60,021 nt of DNA. Origin: a virus. Lineage: Duplodnaviria; Caudoviricetes. A program made the position numbers and the translations under genes. The notes under the pieces were generated by a model. It ran no database searches and was not told the origin of the DNA. It was given only the letters and a program-made list of their open reading frames with translations. Positions 26,194 to 36,133 of this stretch are shown here, in pieces (within the stretch, counting starts at the first letter, position 1; each line of letters begins with the position of its first letter). The stretch covers positions 1-60,021 of IMG/VR virus record IMGVR_UViG_3300033829_000001. One strand, 5' to 3'.

Positions 26194-26679
26194 GTGAAAT
26201 ATACCATCCGAAAATCGGAGGACATAGATGAAACGCGCGAGATGCACCAGCTGGCATTTCCCGACGACGTTTGGGTCGGAGACGACCATGAATATTGGTT
26301 TGCCTACGATGAGGACGGCGCCACGTGCGGCTTTGCTTCAGCAATCTGCTACGCCGAGTCGAATACAGTGTACCTATCAAGGTGTGCTGTATCAATGGCC
26401 GCGAACGGGAAGGGCCTTCAGCGTAGGTTTATCGCGGTACGCCTTAGATGGGCCCGTTCAATCTCGGCTGACGTCGCGTTTACGTACACAAAGCTCAAGA
26501 ACTATCCATCCATGATCAATTTGATCCGGGCTGGGTTCAAATTATTCGACACGAATGATAAACTGACGGGATGGCGCGAGTACCACTGCTTTGTGAAAGA
26601 CCTGCGTAAGCGATCGACCGCGGAAATGTTCCGCAAACTCAGCGAGAAACTTGCAGAGGAATTCAATGATAAACCGTAG
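26194..26679 (+). CDS. GNAT-family acetyltransferase
   Basis: NGKGLQRR acetyl-CoA motif; N..S..NL..AGF. Confidence 0.8.
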   Translation: MKYTIRKSEDIDETREMHQLAFPDDVWVGDDHEYWFAYDEDGATCGFASAICYAESNTVYLSRCAVSMAANGKGLQRRFIAVRLRWARSISADVAFTYTKLKNYPSMINLIRAGFKLFDTNDKLTGWREYHCFVKDLRKRSTAEMFRKLSEKLAEEFNDKP

Positions 26680-27820
26680 ACTCAGTGAAGAACTTTGCCA
26701 GCAAGCAGTGGACGCTGTGCAGGCACACGGCAGTACATCCGCCGCAGCCCGCATATTAGGCTTACCACGCAATACGCTGCGATGCCGCCTGGAAGCAGCG
26801 CGCATCGCTAACATCACTCCAAAAGTACAGCGCCTTATGGCAGGCGCAGAGGCCGCGGCACCCGAAGGTTACAAACTCAAGGGTACCTCAACACTGTACG
26901 ATGGTGACGGCGTACCCAAACTGCAATGGGTAAAGACCAACGCTGACCTTGAGAAGCTGGAGGAAATGCAACGCGCAGCGCTTGCTGTTATGTGTGAAGA
27001 GATCAAGCCAATAGCACGGATCAAGGGACCGAAACACACCGAAGCCGATCTCGCGACATTGTATACTCTCACAGATTGTCATGTGGGCATGCTCTCATGG
27101 GACAAAGAGACCGGGGAAGATTGGGATCTAAGCATCGCTGAGAAGTGCTTGGTCGAGACGTTCATACGTATGATAGATGCTGCACCAGCTAGCGCAGTCG
27201 GTATAGTCAATCAGCTCGGGGACTTCTTACACTTCGATAGTCTCCAGCCGATGACCCCTACTAACCATCATATATTAGATGCCGATTCCAGGTACCAGAA
27301 AATGGTAGAGATAGCGGTAAGAATTCTACGACGAGTGATAGAGCATGCACTTACGAAGCATGAAATCCTTATAGTCCAAATGAAAGAGGGTAACCATGAT
27401 CCGACTGGTTCAGTTTGGTTACGTGTCATGTTAGCTCAGCTATATGAAAAGAACCCACGTATTAAGATCGACATGTCACCGAACCCGTACACGATTTATC
27501 AGCACGGTAAGACTTTAATAGGGTTCCACCATGGGCATTTGATTAAGAAGCCTATGCTGCCGCTGCTATTCGCGGCTAAATTTTCTAAAGAATGGGGTGA
27601 GACTAATTACAGATACGTGCATGTTGGACACTTGCATCATGTCGAGGAAAAAGAACATCCCGGTATCAAAGTCATCCAACATCCAACTCTTGCTGCGCCT
27701 GATGCTTATGCGGCGCGTGGCGGCTGGTTGTCAAAGCGTCAAGCTACGTCAATGACGTACCATAGAGAATACGGCGAAGTGGCCCGAGGTATTTTCATTC
27801 CACAGGAAGCTAAAAAATGA
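26666..27820 (+). CDS. N-terminal HTH plus calcineurin-like metallophosphoesterase
   Basis: GSTSAAARILGLPRNTL; DCHVG, GDFLH, GNHD, HHGH and GHLHH. Confidence 0.88.
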   Translation: MINRRLSEELCQQAVDAVQAHGSTSAAARILGLPRNTLRCRLEAARIANITPKVQRLMAGAEAAAPEGYKLKGTSTLYDGDGVPKLQWVKTNADLEKLEEMQRAALAVMCEEIKPIARIKGPKHTEADLATLYTLTDCHVGMLSWDKETGEDWDLSIAEKCLVETFIRMIDAAPASAVGIVNQLGDFLHFDSLQPMTPTNHHILDADSRYQKMVEIAVRILRRVIEHALTKHEILIVQMKEGNHDPTGSVWLRVMLAQLYEKNPRIKIDMSPNPYTIYQHGKTLIGFHHGHLIKKPMLPLLFAAKFSKEWGETNYRYVHVGHLHHVEEKEHPGIKVIQHPTLAAPDAYAARGGWLSKRQATSMTYHREYGEVARGIFIPQEAKK

Positions 27821-28056
27821 GAGATCCAGAAACTACAGTTGTATCAGACACTCTTAATGAACTCTCCAATGCGTGCAAGCACTGGCCGGCGTTCAACTCA
27901 GCCCACGAGGGCTATGCAGTTCTGCTCGAAGAAGTAGACGAATTATGGGAACATGTCAAGACAAACCAAAAGCGCCGTGATATAAGCGCCATGCGCAAAG
28001 AAGCTATTCAAGTAGCTGCCATGGCGCTGCGGTTTGCGCTCGATGTCTGCAACTAA
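27817..28056 (+). CDS. MazG-like NTP pyrophosphohydrolase
   Basis: LLEEVDEL...KEAIQVAAMA. Confidence 0.7.
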   Translation: MRDPETTVVSDTLNELSNACKHWPAFNSAHEGYAVLLEEVDELWEHVKTNQKRRDISAMRKEAIQVAAMALRFALDVCN

Positions 28057-28064
28057 TCAACCAT

Positions 28065-28400
28065 ATGAGGTACCCAGTGGAACTAGATGCCCGAGCCCGC
28101 GCAGAGCTTGAAATGCAGCGCAACGCAACAGCTGAAGCAGCAGCCGCTTCAGCATCCCTCCCGAAGAACCCGTTAGCTGTGAATCTGCGTGCTCCGCAGC
28201 CCGTGAAGACAACTGAGCCGGTTATACAGGCCGCTGCGAAAGAGCGCCTCACGCCGGCTGCATTCGGCACAGTGATCAAGCCGACGGCGCAGGCTTCTAC
28301 CGCCGCGGCGCCGCTGACATTGCAGCAGCTGTTCGACGAATACGAAACGCAGCAGGCCGCTGCGTGGACTGCCTTTAAGCAGAAGTCAGGGATCAAATGA
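28065..28400 (+). CDS. Hypothetical Ala-rich protein
   Basis: ATGA-coupled ORF. Confidence 0.65.
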   Translation: MRYPVELDARARAELEMQRNATAEAAAASASLPKNPLAVNLRAPQPVKTTEPVIQAAAKERLTPAAFGTVIKPTAQASTAAAPLTLQQLFDEYETQQAAAWTAFKQKSGIK

Positions 28401-28807
28401 GTGAAAAAACGTTTTACTTGGCAGGACCCATGAGCGGCCTCCCTCAATTCAACTTTCCGCTGTTCCGCGAAGTCGCGCGAGATCTACGTATGCGAGGCTT
28501 TAAGGTTATCTCTCCAGCAGAGTTGGACGAGGCAGAATCCGTTGCGGCGGCCATGGCTTCTAAGAACGGCGATCCGATCGCAGCTCATCGCAGTTGGGGC
28601 CATTACCTTTCACGGGACATTAAGATTGTTGCAGATCAAGTTCAGGGTATTATATTCCTGCCCGGTTGGGAGAAGTCCCGGGGGGCGCGCCTAGAAGCTA
28701 TGTGTGCGGCTTTATGCAACCACGAGTTCTTGGAATATCGCGACGGAGATTTGACCCCGATCGATAAGCACGACGTGCTTGCTATCATCGCGGAGCAAAT
28801 CAAATGA
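28397..28807 (+). CDS. DUF4406 / nucleoside 2-deoxyribosyltransferase-like protein
   Basis: YLAGPMSG..FNFP.F, SPAE and LPGWEKSRGARLE. Confidence 0.85.
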   Translation: MSEKTFYLAGPMSGLPQFNFPLFREVARDLRMRGFKVISPAELDEAESVAAAMASKNGDPIAAHRSWGHYLSRDIKIVADQVQGIIFLPGWEKSRGARLEAMCAALCNHEFLEYRDGDLTPIDKHDVLAIIAEQIK

Positions 28808-29349
28808 CAATCGGCGATATTAATAGCCACGAGCGTGGCACGGGCGCGCGTTTCAACGCGGGCAAAGTGGAGTACCATCAATTCCCCTTGGAATCGCTTG
28901 AGGGCGTCTTACGTGTGCTGATGTATGGCGCCAAGAAGTATGCACCTGGAAATTACCTAAAAGGACAGCCGTGGACCGTGCCGTTCAATTGTATGATGCG
29001 CCACATTGCGGCTTGGCAGCGCGGCGAAGAACTGGATCCTGAATCAGGTCTGCCGCACTTGGATCATGCCATGTGCAATCTGATGTTCCTATCTATATAC
29101 CGAGACGTCTACCCGGAGGGTGACGACCGCTGGCCGCAAATGCGCCGCGGGGGAGTACCAAAAAATGACAGCGACACCGGAAGTGTTAGTGAAGCAAGCT
29201 ATCGACGCAATGCTGAAGCAGCACAAAGCATACAAGCACAAGCCGATCGGGGCGGGTCTGGGCGAGCCCGCCCTCGACTACCACGTGTGCCATCAAGGAA
29301 TATATGCGGGCATCGAAGCAAAAAGGCCGGGCGGAAAACCGACCGCTAG
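28804..29349 (+). CDS. dATP/dGTP diphosphohydrolase-like protein (DUF5664)
   Basis: GAKKY...N, RH..AW..GEELDPESGLPHLDHA.CNL.FL. Confidence 0.85.
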   Translation: MTIGDINSHERGTGARFNAGKVEYHQFPLESLEGVLRVLMYGAKKYAPGNYLKGQPWTVPFNCMMRHIAAWQRGEELDPESGLPHLDHAMCNLMFLSIYRDVYPEGDDRWPQMRRGGVPKNDSDTGSVSEASYRRNAEAAQSIQAQADRGGSGRARPRLPRVPSRNICGHRSKKAGRKTDR

Positions 29350-29545
29350 GCAGATCTTGACCATGAGTAAGGTCGCTAAGGCCGGCGGTGCCGTGTTCCT
29401 GATCGATGATCGTAACGGCGATGATATTGCGCAGCTCCAGGGCTGGCTACTCGCCCCCGTGCCCGGCTTTGTTAGCAAGTCTGCGCAGAAGTATATCAAC
29501 ATAGCAAATATTTCACAGCAGATAGATGAAGCGCTCCAAACGTAG
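29165..29545 (+). CDS. VRR-NUC endonuclease
   Basis: TPE..VK, LD, IEAKRPGGKPTARQ; GGAG RBS before ATG 29165. Confidence 0.85.
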   Translation: MTATPEVLVKQAIDAMLKQHKAYKHKPIGAGLGEPALDYHVCHQGIYAGIEAKRPGGKPTARQILTMSKVAKAGGAVFLIDDRNGDDIAQLQGWLLAPVPGFVSKSAQKYINIANISQQIDEALQT

Positions 29546-29595
29546 TTGGCCGCTCTAAATGTCAGAATTTTATATAACCCAGGAGTGTTGAAACT

Positions 29596-30216
29596 ATGGT
29601 GTCTTGTATGCTGGATTTAGAAACGCTGAGTCTTCGGCCGGATGCGGCTGTTATCGCCATCGGCGCTGCTATTTTCGATGAACAAAAAGTGCTCCATAGT
29701 GAAGGATGGTCACTAGACTTAGCTACTGTCAACGGGCATGTGGATATGGAAACATTGGCTTGGTGGTTACGTCAAAGTGACGAAGCCCGCGAAGCAGCTT
29801 TCGGCGGTATGCTTACGCCATTCAACGCGGCGTTCGGTCTTAAGACTTTCCTGGCGCAACATAATCCACAAGAGTACTGGGCTAATGATCCCGAATTCGA
29901 CTTCGTCATTCTAAAACAGTGGTGGGCGCGCCAGAATAGTCTAGCTCTCGCGGATAGCCGGCAGCTCCATATCGGAGATTACCCGCTAGGCGGTAAGACT
30001 TACCTGATGTCGCGATCGTACCGAACTATTATTGCAGAAGCAGAGCGACTTGGTTACGACACGCAATTTTTTCGCGGCATGTATGTCGCGCACAATCCAG
30101 TCGATGATGCCGTCTCGCAAGCACGAGCTGTGATCGAAGCTCGTAGATGTATAGGGCAAGCGCACGATGCCGGAGCGATCAAAGTTCCGACCATTGGGCA
30201 AAGGTTCCAATCGTGA
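29596..30216 (+). CDS. DEDDh 3'-5' exonuclease (exoribonuclease Rv2179c-like)
   Basis: MLDLETL, WAN..EFD and HNPVDDA..QA. Confidence 0.85.
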   Translation: MVSCMLDLETLSLRPDAAVIAIGAAIFDEQKVLHSEGWSLDLATVNGHVDMETLAWWLRQSDEAREAAFGGMLTPFNAAFGLKTFLAQHNPQEYWANDPEFDFVILKQWWARQNSLALADSRQLHIGDYPLGGKTYLMSRSYRTIIAEAERLGYDTQFFRGMYVAHNPVDDAVSQARAVIEARRCIGQAHDAGAIKVPTIGQRFQS

Positions 30217-30413
30217 GAGTGACACTATACTCAGAGCACAACGGGATCGAAGAGCTTGAGTGCGTGGTTGTGGCAGAAGTGCATTGGCAACCCGATGAAT
30301 TAGCTACTGCGCTAAAGCGCGGCAGCGTATCAGTGCAGCAAGTTACCGAGACTCTAGCTCGTGGCGTAAGCGCTATCAGCAAGATTCTCACTGAGTTTGA
30401 GAACAGTAGATGA
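30213..30413 (+). CDS. Hypothetical protein
   Basis: GTGA/ATGA coupling on both sides. Confidence 0.55.
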   Translation: MRVTLYSEHNGIEELECVVVAEVHWQPDELATALKRGSVSVQQVTETLARGVSAISKILTEFENSR

Positions 30414-31969
30414 CTGTCTACCCTGAACACAAGAAGGTCGTCGTACCATATAGAGCAGACATCGAGCATATGCTCGGAACAAGCACGCAAAGGTTCGAGC
30501 ACGGCGGCGCGTACTATCTAGCGATAAACCACGACGTGGCATCCGTGAGATTACTACGCAATCTCGGGCTGAGCGTACCGTCCCCAGTTTTGTATTATTA
30601 CAATTGGGTCGGAGGGACGCCATTCGAATCCCAAGAGTTGACAACCGATCTGTGTACCATCGCGCGCAGGGCTTATATCCTGAGCGAAATGGGTGTAGGT
30701 AAGACCCGGGGAGTGCTGTGGGCTTATGACTATCTGCGCCGGGAAGCGTTGGTGCATAGCCTCCTCGTGGTCGCGCCGCTGTCTACTCTCAGCGCGGTCT
30801 GGGAGAATGAGATATTTGAGAACTTTCATCATCTAAAGACGGTTGTTTTGTACGGCGATAAAAAGAAACGGCTTAAGCTCTTGGCACAGCCGGCTGACGT
30901 CTACATTATAAACCACGAGGGTGTTGAGGTTATACATTCTGAGCTGTTCGCGAAGGCTAGTATTGACGCAGTCGCAATTGACGAGCTTGCGGCTTACCGC
31001 AACTCGCGCACAGCCCGCTGGAAAAACCTTCAGCCAATTGTAGCGCGTTCTGAATACGCATGGGGTCTCACTGGAAGTCCTACGCCTAACTCGCCTACAG
31101 ATGCGTATGGACAGAGCAAGCTGCTTACTCCGCAACTTGCGGGGTATAGTTTCAAAAAATTCAAAGACTCTACCATGCGACAAATCAGTACGTTCAAGTG
31201 GGTCGAACGGCCGCAAGCCAATAGCATAGTCCAAAGCATCATGCAACCTGCGGTGAGATTCACCAGAGAACAATGCTTCGATCTTCCACCGACAACCTAC
31301 TCAACGCGAACTGTCCCTCTCAGCACGGACGCCGCTAAACATTATAAAAAGATGTACGATGACCTCGCGACGCAAATTCGGAACAAACAGATAACCGCGG
31401 CCAACGCAGGCGTGAAGCTGTCGAAGCTGTTGCAGATCAGTGCGGGCTTCGCATATGATGCCGACGGCATGGGAGTCTACTGCGGTGGCACGGAACGCTT
31501 CAAGGAAATATTTGAAGTAATTGAGCAGGCATCCGGAAAGGTAATCGTGTTCAGTCCATTTAGATACTTCGTAGAATTGCTCGGTGGTATAGCATCAAAA
31601 CTTAGTATCGGTAATCCAAGATTTTCATGCGCTGTCGTTCATGGTGATGTTAGTCAGCCTGAGCGTACAAAAATATTCGCTGATTTCCAGCGCAGCGCTA
31701 CACCTAGAATTTTAATCGCGCATCCTGCCGTAGCTAGTCACGGCTTGACGCTGACGGCAGCTAATACCATCATATGGGCATCGCCTACCGCTAGCTTGGA
31801 ACAGTACGAACAAGCGAATGCGCGCATTACCCGCGCTGGCCAGAACCAGAACACGCATATCGTCCACATCGCTGCTTCGAAAGCTGAGCAGCACGTGTAC
31901 GCCCGACTGAGAAAGAAAGGCCAAATGCAGAGTGCGCTTTTGGATCTATTTGAAGAATCAACTTCATAG
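30410..31969 (+). CDS. SNF2-like SF2 helicase
   Basis: EMGVGKT, IDE, LTGSP, HGLTLT and QANARITRAGQ. Confidence 0.92.
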   Translation: MTVYPEHKKVVVPYRADIEHMLGTSTQRFEHGGAYYLAINHDVASVRLLRNLGLSVPSPVLYYYNWVGGTPFESQELTTDLCTIARRAYILSEMGVGKTRGVLWAYDYLRREALVHSLLVVAPLSTLSAVWENEIFENFHHLKTVVLYGDKKKRLKLLAQPADVYIINHEGVEVIHSELFAKASIDAVAIDELAAYRNSRTARWKNLQPIVARSEYAWGLTGSPTPNSPTDAYGQSKLLTPQLAGYSFKKFKDSTMRQISTFKWVERPQANSIVQSIMQPAVRFTREQCFDLPPTTYSTRTVPLSTDAAKHYKKMYDDLATQIRNKQITAANAGVKLSKLLQISAGFAYDADGMGVYCGGTERFKEIFEVIEQASGKVIVFSPFRYFVELLGGIASKLSIGNPRFSCAVVHGDVSQPERTKIFADFQRSATPRILIAHPAVASHGLTLTAANTIIWASPTASLEQYEQANARITRAGQNQNTHIVHIAASKAEQHVYARLRKKGQMQSALLDLFEESTS

Positions 31970-31977
31970 GAACTAAC

Positions 31978-32358
31978 ATGGCAACATTAGATCAGGTCAT
32001 TGGCGCGTATCGTGCGCTCAAAGAGCGCAAGGAAGCCCTTGCAAAAGAACAGAAAGAGGCGATGGCCCCTATACTGGAGCAGATGCGCCAGTGTCAACTA
32101 TGGGTGCATCAGCAGCTACTCGCGCAGGGCGCTCAAAACTGTCGAACAGAATTAGGAAGTGCTTTTCTTCAAGAGGATTTTAGTGCTACAGTATCGGACT
32201 GGCCCGCATTGCTAGAGTGGATCAAGGCAAATAACCTATGGGAATTCTTAGAGCAGCGCGTGTCGAAAACCGTAGTCACGGAGTACGCGGAACATACCAA
32301 GACACTACCGCCGGGCGTCAACCTAAAGTCCGAAATTTCCTGTCATATTCGCAAATAG
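31978..32358 (+). CDS. Hypothetical replication-module protein
   Basis: Coiled coil followed by V.DW...WI...FLEQRVSK...LPPGV. Confidence 0.75.
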   Translation: MATLDQVIGAYRALKERKEALAKEQKEAMAPILEQMRQCQLWVHQQLLAQGAQNCRTELGSAFLQEDFSATVSDWPALLEWIKANNLWEFLEQRVSKTVVTEYAEHTKTLPPGVNLKSEISCHIRK

Positions 32359-32380
32359 TTTTTTAATTACAGAGGCAATC

Positions 32381-33574
32381 ATGGCTAATCAAGTATCGCT
32401 ATTCCAGCAGGAAAATGCGCTATCAGTTCTGTCAAACAAGTTCCAGCCGCTAGTGCAGGCCGGCTTGGGTGACGATCTAGGCGAAGGCATAAAAGGCGGC
32501 TATGCAATCGTAGGCATCAAGGGTGGCCGTTTCCATCTGCGCTACAAAGGCAATGACACTGTACTTACAGCGCAACAGCAGCCCGGCCAGCCCGCCGGGC
32601 CCGTGTCGTTCATCGATATCGTTATCATCAAGGCAAACCCGTTTCTCAACAAGCAGTGGTACAAAGGCAAGTATGCTGAAGGCTCGAAAGAGCAGCCGGA
32701 TTGCTTTAGCTTGGATGGGAAAGCTCCAAGCGCGCAGAGCCGGGAGCCGCAGCATACGAGCTGCGCGCTGTGCCCACAGAACAAGTTCGGGTCTATGATC
32801 GGCGATAATGGCAAGCCGCAGAAGGCATGCCGCGATACCAAGAAGCTTGCGATCGTTCCGTTGGCCGACATTCGTAATATCTCGCTCGGCGGTACAATGC
32901 TGTTTCGCGTACCGCCTAGCTCGCTGTCTGAGCTGAGCGCCATGGCTGATGCCCTTAAGGGTAGAGGCTTCCCATATAATTCAGTCGCTGTGCGCATCAC
33001 GTTTGATACCACGGTCTCGCACCCGAAGCCGCTGTTTCAGGCTCTGCGTCCGTTGAGCGATGCCGAGGCTGACGCAGTGATTGAGATGTTCGAGGCTGAT
33101 AGCACTCAGCGGGTACTAGCCGACAACGATATCTCGACCGAAGTAGCCGAGCCCGCAAGCGCTCAGTTCATACAGCCAACCCCAGTAGCAAGCCCGATCG
33201 CTGCAGCGCAGCAACAGCAACCTGCGCCAGTGCCCGCAAGCGCGCCGCAGGCTGTGATGCCGGGCATGGTTGCGATACAGCCGTTCAAGCCCGGCGTCGA
33301 GCCGCAGCCCCCCCGTGCGTTCCATCAGCCAACCGCGGTGCCTGTTGGCAACGTGTTCGCTCAGACCCCGGTGCCCGCAGGAGCGCAGGAGACGGTCGTA
33401 GAGCCGCCCAAGAAGCGCAGGGCACCCGTGACGCCTGTCGCATCGCCCGCTACGCTTCAGCTGGCTCCTGAGCAGCCGGCCGCAGCTCAGGACCAGATGC
33501 TGGCGGAGCCGCAAGGATCGCTTGAAGCAGACATAGGGAACATTCTGGCCGGACTAAGCGCCTTCCAGAAGTAG
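32381..33574 (+). CDS. Putative ssDNA-binding/annealing protein with Pro/Ala-rich tail
   Basis: PDCFS.DG..P, CALCP.N.FGS, KACR; lies between helicase and primase. Confidence 0.6.
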   Translation: MANQVSLFQQENALSVLSNKFQPLVQAGLGDDLGEGIKGGYAIVGIKGGRFHLRYKGNDTVLTAQQQPGQPAGPVSFIDIVIIKANPFLNKQWYKGKYAEGSKEQPDCFSLDGKAPSAQSREPQHTSCALCPQNKFGSMIGDNGKPQKACRDTKKLAIVPLADIRNISLGGTMLFRVPPSSLSELSAMADALKGRGFPYNSVAVRITFDTTVSHPKPLFQALRPLSDAEADAVIEMFEADSTQRVLADNDISTEVAEPASAQFIQPTPVASPIAAAQQQQPAPVPASAPQAVMPGMVAIQPFKPGVEPQPPRAFHQPTAVPVGNVFAQTPVPAGAQETVVEPPKKRRAPVTPVASPATLQLAPEQPAAAQDQMLAEPQGSLEADIGNILAGLSAFQK

Positions 33575-33578
33575 AATG

Positions 33579-33719
33579 ATGGATATCATCACCCGCAGTT
33601 CGGCACGGGCTGCGGGATTTATCCATTACTTCACTGGTAAACCTTGCGTCAAAGGACTTATTGCGCGGCGACTTTCTAGAATCATAAAAATTGCCGACTA
33701 CCTATGGAGGCATTCATGA
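33579..33719 (+). pseudogene. 46-codon relic of an HNH endonuclease N-terminal module; also forms a long hairpin
   Basis: MDIITRSSARAAGFIHYFTGKPCVKGLIARR...; stop overlaps the primase ATG at 33716. Confidence 0.5.
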
Positions 33720-36133
33720 GTTTTTTCGAAAGAGTGCTTCCTACCGAAGGTAATTATTGTTTGATAAGCGGGGTCACTCGACCAGACGGAAAGCTCAGTG
33801 AAGTCCGACATTGGAATGGGTTCAAATCTACTGCCGATTTAGATAGAAAAGTACGACAACTTTCCCAGCAACCTTTGAACATCTTTTACGCCGTTGGATC
33901 ATACAACAGTGCTAACCGACAAGACCCAAGAGCAAAGCGATGTTTGTGGTTAGACTTAGACAGCAAAGATTTTGGAAGTATAGAAGAGTCGCTTAGGCAG
34001 CTTAGCGTTTTTATAAGATCTGTTGGGCTACCTGCGCCTAGTATGTATGTAGGAAGCGGGCATGGATTACATGTTTATTGGTGCCTAGACCGTGACGTGA
34101 CGTTAATCGAATGGCAGCCAGTGGCGGACGCGCTTAAAGCAAAATGTATCGAACTGAACTTTCCAGCTGATAAATCAGCCACTGCTGATCCCGCTAGAAT
34201 CCTTCGAGTCCCTGGAACTTTGAATAGGAAATATCCCCAACCAGCGCCGGTACGCTTACTAGCAGATAATGGATCATCGATTCAGCTCAATCAGCTTGCG
34301 AGCCAATTAGCAGTCATAACCGCCGGTGCTTCTTCAAAGCTTGCAGCCTTAGTAAAAAATGACGATCTAGTCACCAAGAAGGAATACCGTGAATACACTG
34401 CTGAGCAAGTCATTGCAATGCTCGAATGCATTGCCATCCCTGAGAACAACGGGCGTGAGGATTGGATCACTGTCCTATGCGCAGTGCAGGATTGGTCTCA
34501 TAAGTCCCTCGCCGCCTTCGAAATATTCCACGACTGGAGTGCGTCTCAACCGAAGTACATTAGCCGCGAAGATTGCTGGCGCACATGGTCGAGCTTTGAA
34601 CCGGGCGGGGGAATCAGCATCGGAACTTTGGTTAAATTGGCTAAGGACGCTGGATGGACCGAAAACAGCTCAGTGACGGCTGTACCGGACGCCATCAGCT
34701 TTTCTGAACAAATTGCCGCGGGAGTATCCAACAACGTCCCTATACCTGCGCCAACCGCACAGGTTATGCAACAAATCATAACATCGCCCCTTATGATCGC
34801 AGCGGCCCACGCAGTACGCGCAACGAATAGAGTTCGCTTCGATCCGAACGACGCAGTACAGTGGCTGAGCAACGAGATGGTAATGATCACAGACCAAGAC
34901 GGGCTATATTATTCAATGACCAACCGGCTACCTATGTCACGTACAGTGATTGACGATCTGCTTACGCGCTACATGCCGTTCAATGCGAGCGGCGTACCGA
35001 TCAACGCTAGCGCGCTACTGCGCCGCTATGGCACCGTCAACTCGGTAAACACGATTGGCTTCTATCCCGGAGCCGGCCCTATATATACCGAAGAAGGACG
35101 TACATACGTCAATCATTATATGAACCCGCCTGACATGCTGCCCGGTACGGCGAACGAAATTGCTTTGATCGAAAGCTTCTGGGACTACTGCTTTCCTCGC
35201 GAGGAGGATAAGGAATTCGGCGAGTACCTGAAACAATTCTACGGCCATGTCGTCCAGCATCCATCAGTAAAGATCGCTAGCGCGCCGCTCATGGTTTCCA
35301 AAGAGTTCGGGACCGGTAAGACCACGATGATGTTCGATATACCGCGTGCTATTGTAGGCACCCATAGTACAAAGCTCGTGTCTAACAAAGTCCTACGTTC
35401 AGCGTTCAGCGATTATTTGGCTGGCGCGCACTTCCTTCACTTCGATGAAGTGCATATAAACGGCAAATGGGACTCGGATGATACAGCCAACTCGATGAAG
35501 AACCTGATCACAGGCAAGACTGTCGAGATCCATCCCAAGGGTATGAAGCCTTATAATATTCCCAACCGCGTGTTCATCACTGCAACGAGTAATTATGAAG
35601 ATGCGATCACATTACCTACCGATGATGAAAGACGCTGGGGAGTTTATTACTTGCGACCTACCCTTATGTTGTCTACAAGTGCGAAAGAGTCATTCTTTGG
35701 CGTACTCCATAAATTTATCAACTCGCCGCGGGGTGCTTCGGTTCTACGGTGGTACTTTAGCAAAGTCGATCTCGCCGGTTTCGACCCACAGCGCGCTCCG
35801 CCAACTACGTCCGCTAAACGAGATATGATTGGCAAGTCACAATCATTGGACGTTCAAGTGATTCGAGACGCCCTGCAAGAAAGGTGTGGTCCGTTTGCGA
35901 AGGACGTGGGTACTCTTGATGCAGTTAAGATGTTCCTACATGCCGAAACTGGACGCGAATATCCTTCGGTTGCAACGCGCTATCTAATCCAGAAAGCAGT
36001 TCCGGGAGCAATAGCATTCGGTCAACAGCGCACTGCCGGTAGCACGCGGGTATCTATGTGGGCGTGGCGCAATCTTGATAAATGGTCGCAAGCTACTCCA
36101 CATGAAATAGCTAATGAAATCAAAAATCAGTAG
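33716..36133 (+). CDS. Primase-helicase (RepB-like AEP primase, PriCT-2, SF3/DUF5906-like ATPase)
   Basis: WLDLD, SGHGLHVYW, ILRVPGTLN; REDWITV..WS..KY..W.SF; GTGKTT, FDEV; GGAGG RBS. Confidence 0.9.
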   Translation: MSFFERVLPTEGNYCLISGVTRPDGKLSEVRHWNGFKSTADLDRKVRQLSQQPLNIFYAVGSYNSANRQDPRAKRCLWLDLDSKDFGSIEESLRQLSVFIRSVGLPAPSMYVGSGHGLHVYWCLDRDVTLIEWQPVADALKAKCIELNFPADKSATADPARILRVPGTLNRKYPQPAPVRLLADNGSSIQLNQLASQLAVITAGASSKLAALVKNDDLVTKKEYREYTAEQVIAMLECIAIPENNGREDWITVLCAVQDWSHKSLAAFEIFHDWSASQPKYISREDCWRTWSSFEPGGGISIGTLVKLAKDAGWTENSSVTAVPDAISFSEQIAAGVSNNVPIPAPTAQVMQQIITSPLMIAAAHAVRATNRVRFDPNDAVQWLSNEMVMITDQDGLYYSMTNRLPMSRTVIDDLLTRYMPFNASGVPINASALLRRYGTVNSVNTIGFYPGAGPIYTEEGRTYVNHYMNPPDMLPGTANEIALIESFWDYCFPREEDKEFGEYLKQFYGHVVQHPSVKIASAPLMVSKEFGTGKTTMMFDIPRAIVGTHSTKLVSNKVLRSAFSDYLAGAHFLHFDEVHINGKWDSDDTANSMKNLITGKTVEIHPKGMKPYNIPNRVFITATSNYEDAITLPTDDERRWGVYYLRPTLMLSTSAKESFFGVLHKFINSPRGASVLRWYFSKVDLAGFDPQRAPPTTSAKRDMIGKSQSLDVQVIRDALQERCGPFAKDVGTLDAVKMFLHAETGREYPSVATRYLIQKAVPGAIAFGQQRTAGSTRVSMWAWRNLDKWSQATPHEIANEIKNQ

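Noticed and set aside
26651-29349. Z-genome (2-aminoadenine) pathway
   Set aside because: No PurZ/adenylosuccinate synthetase-like gene or HD-domain DatZ recognised in an apparently complete genome
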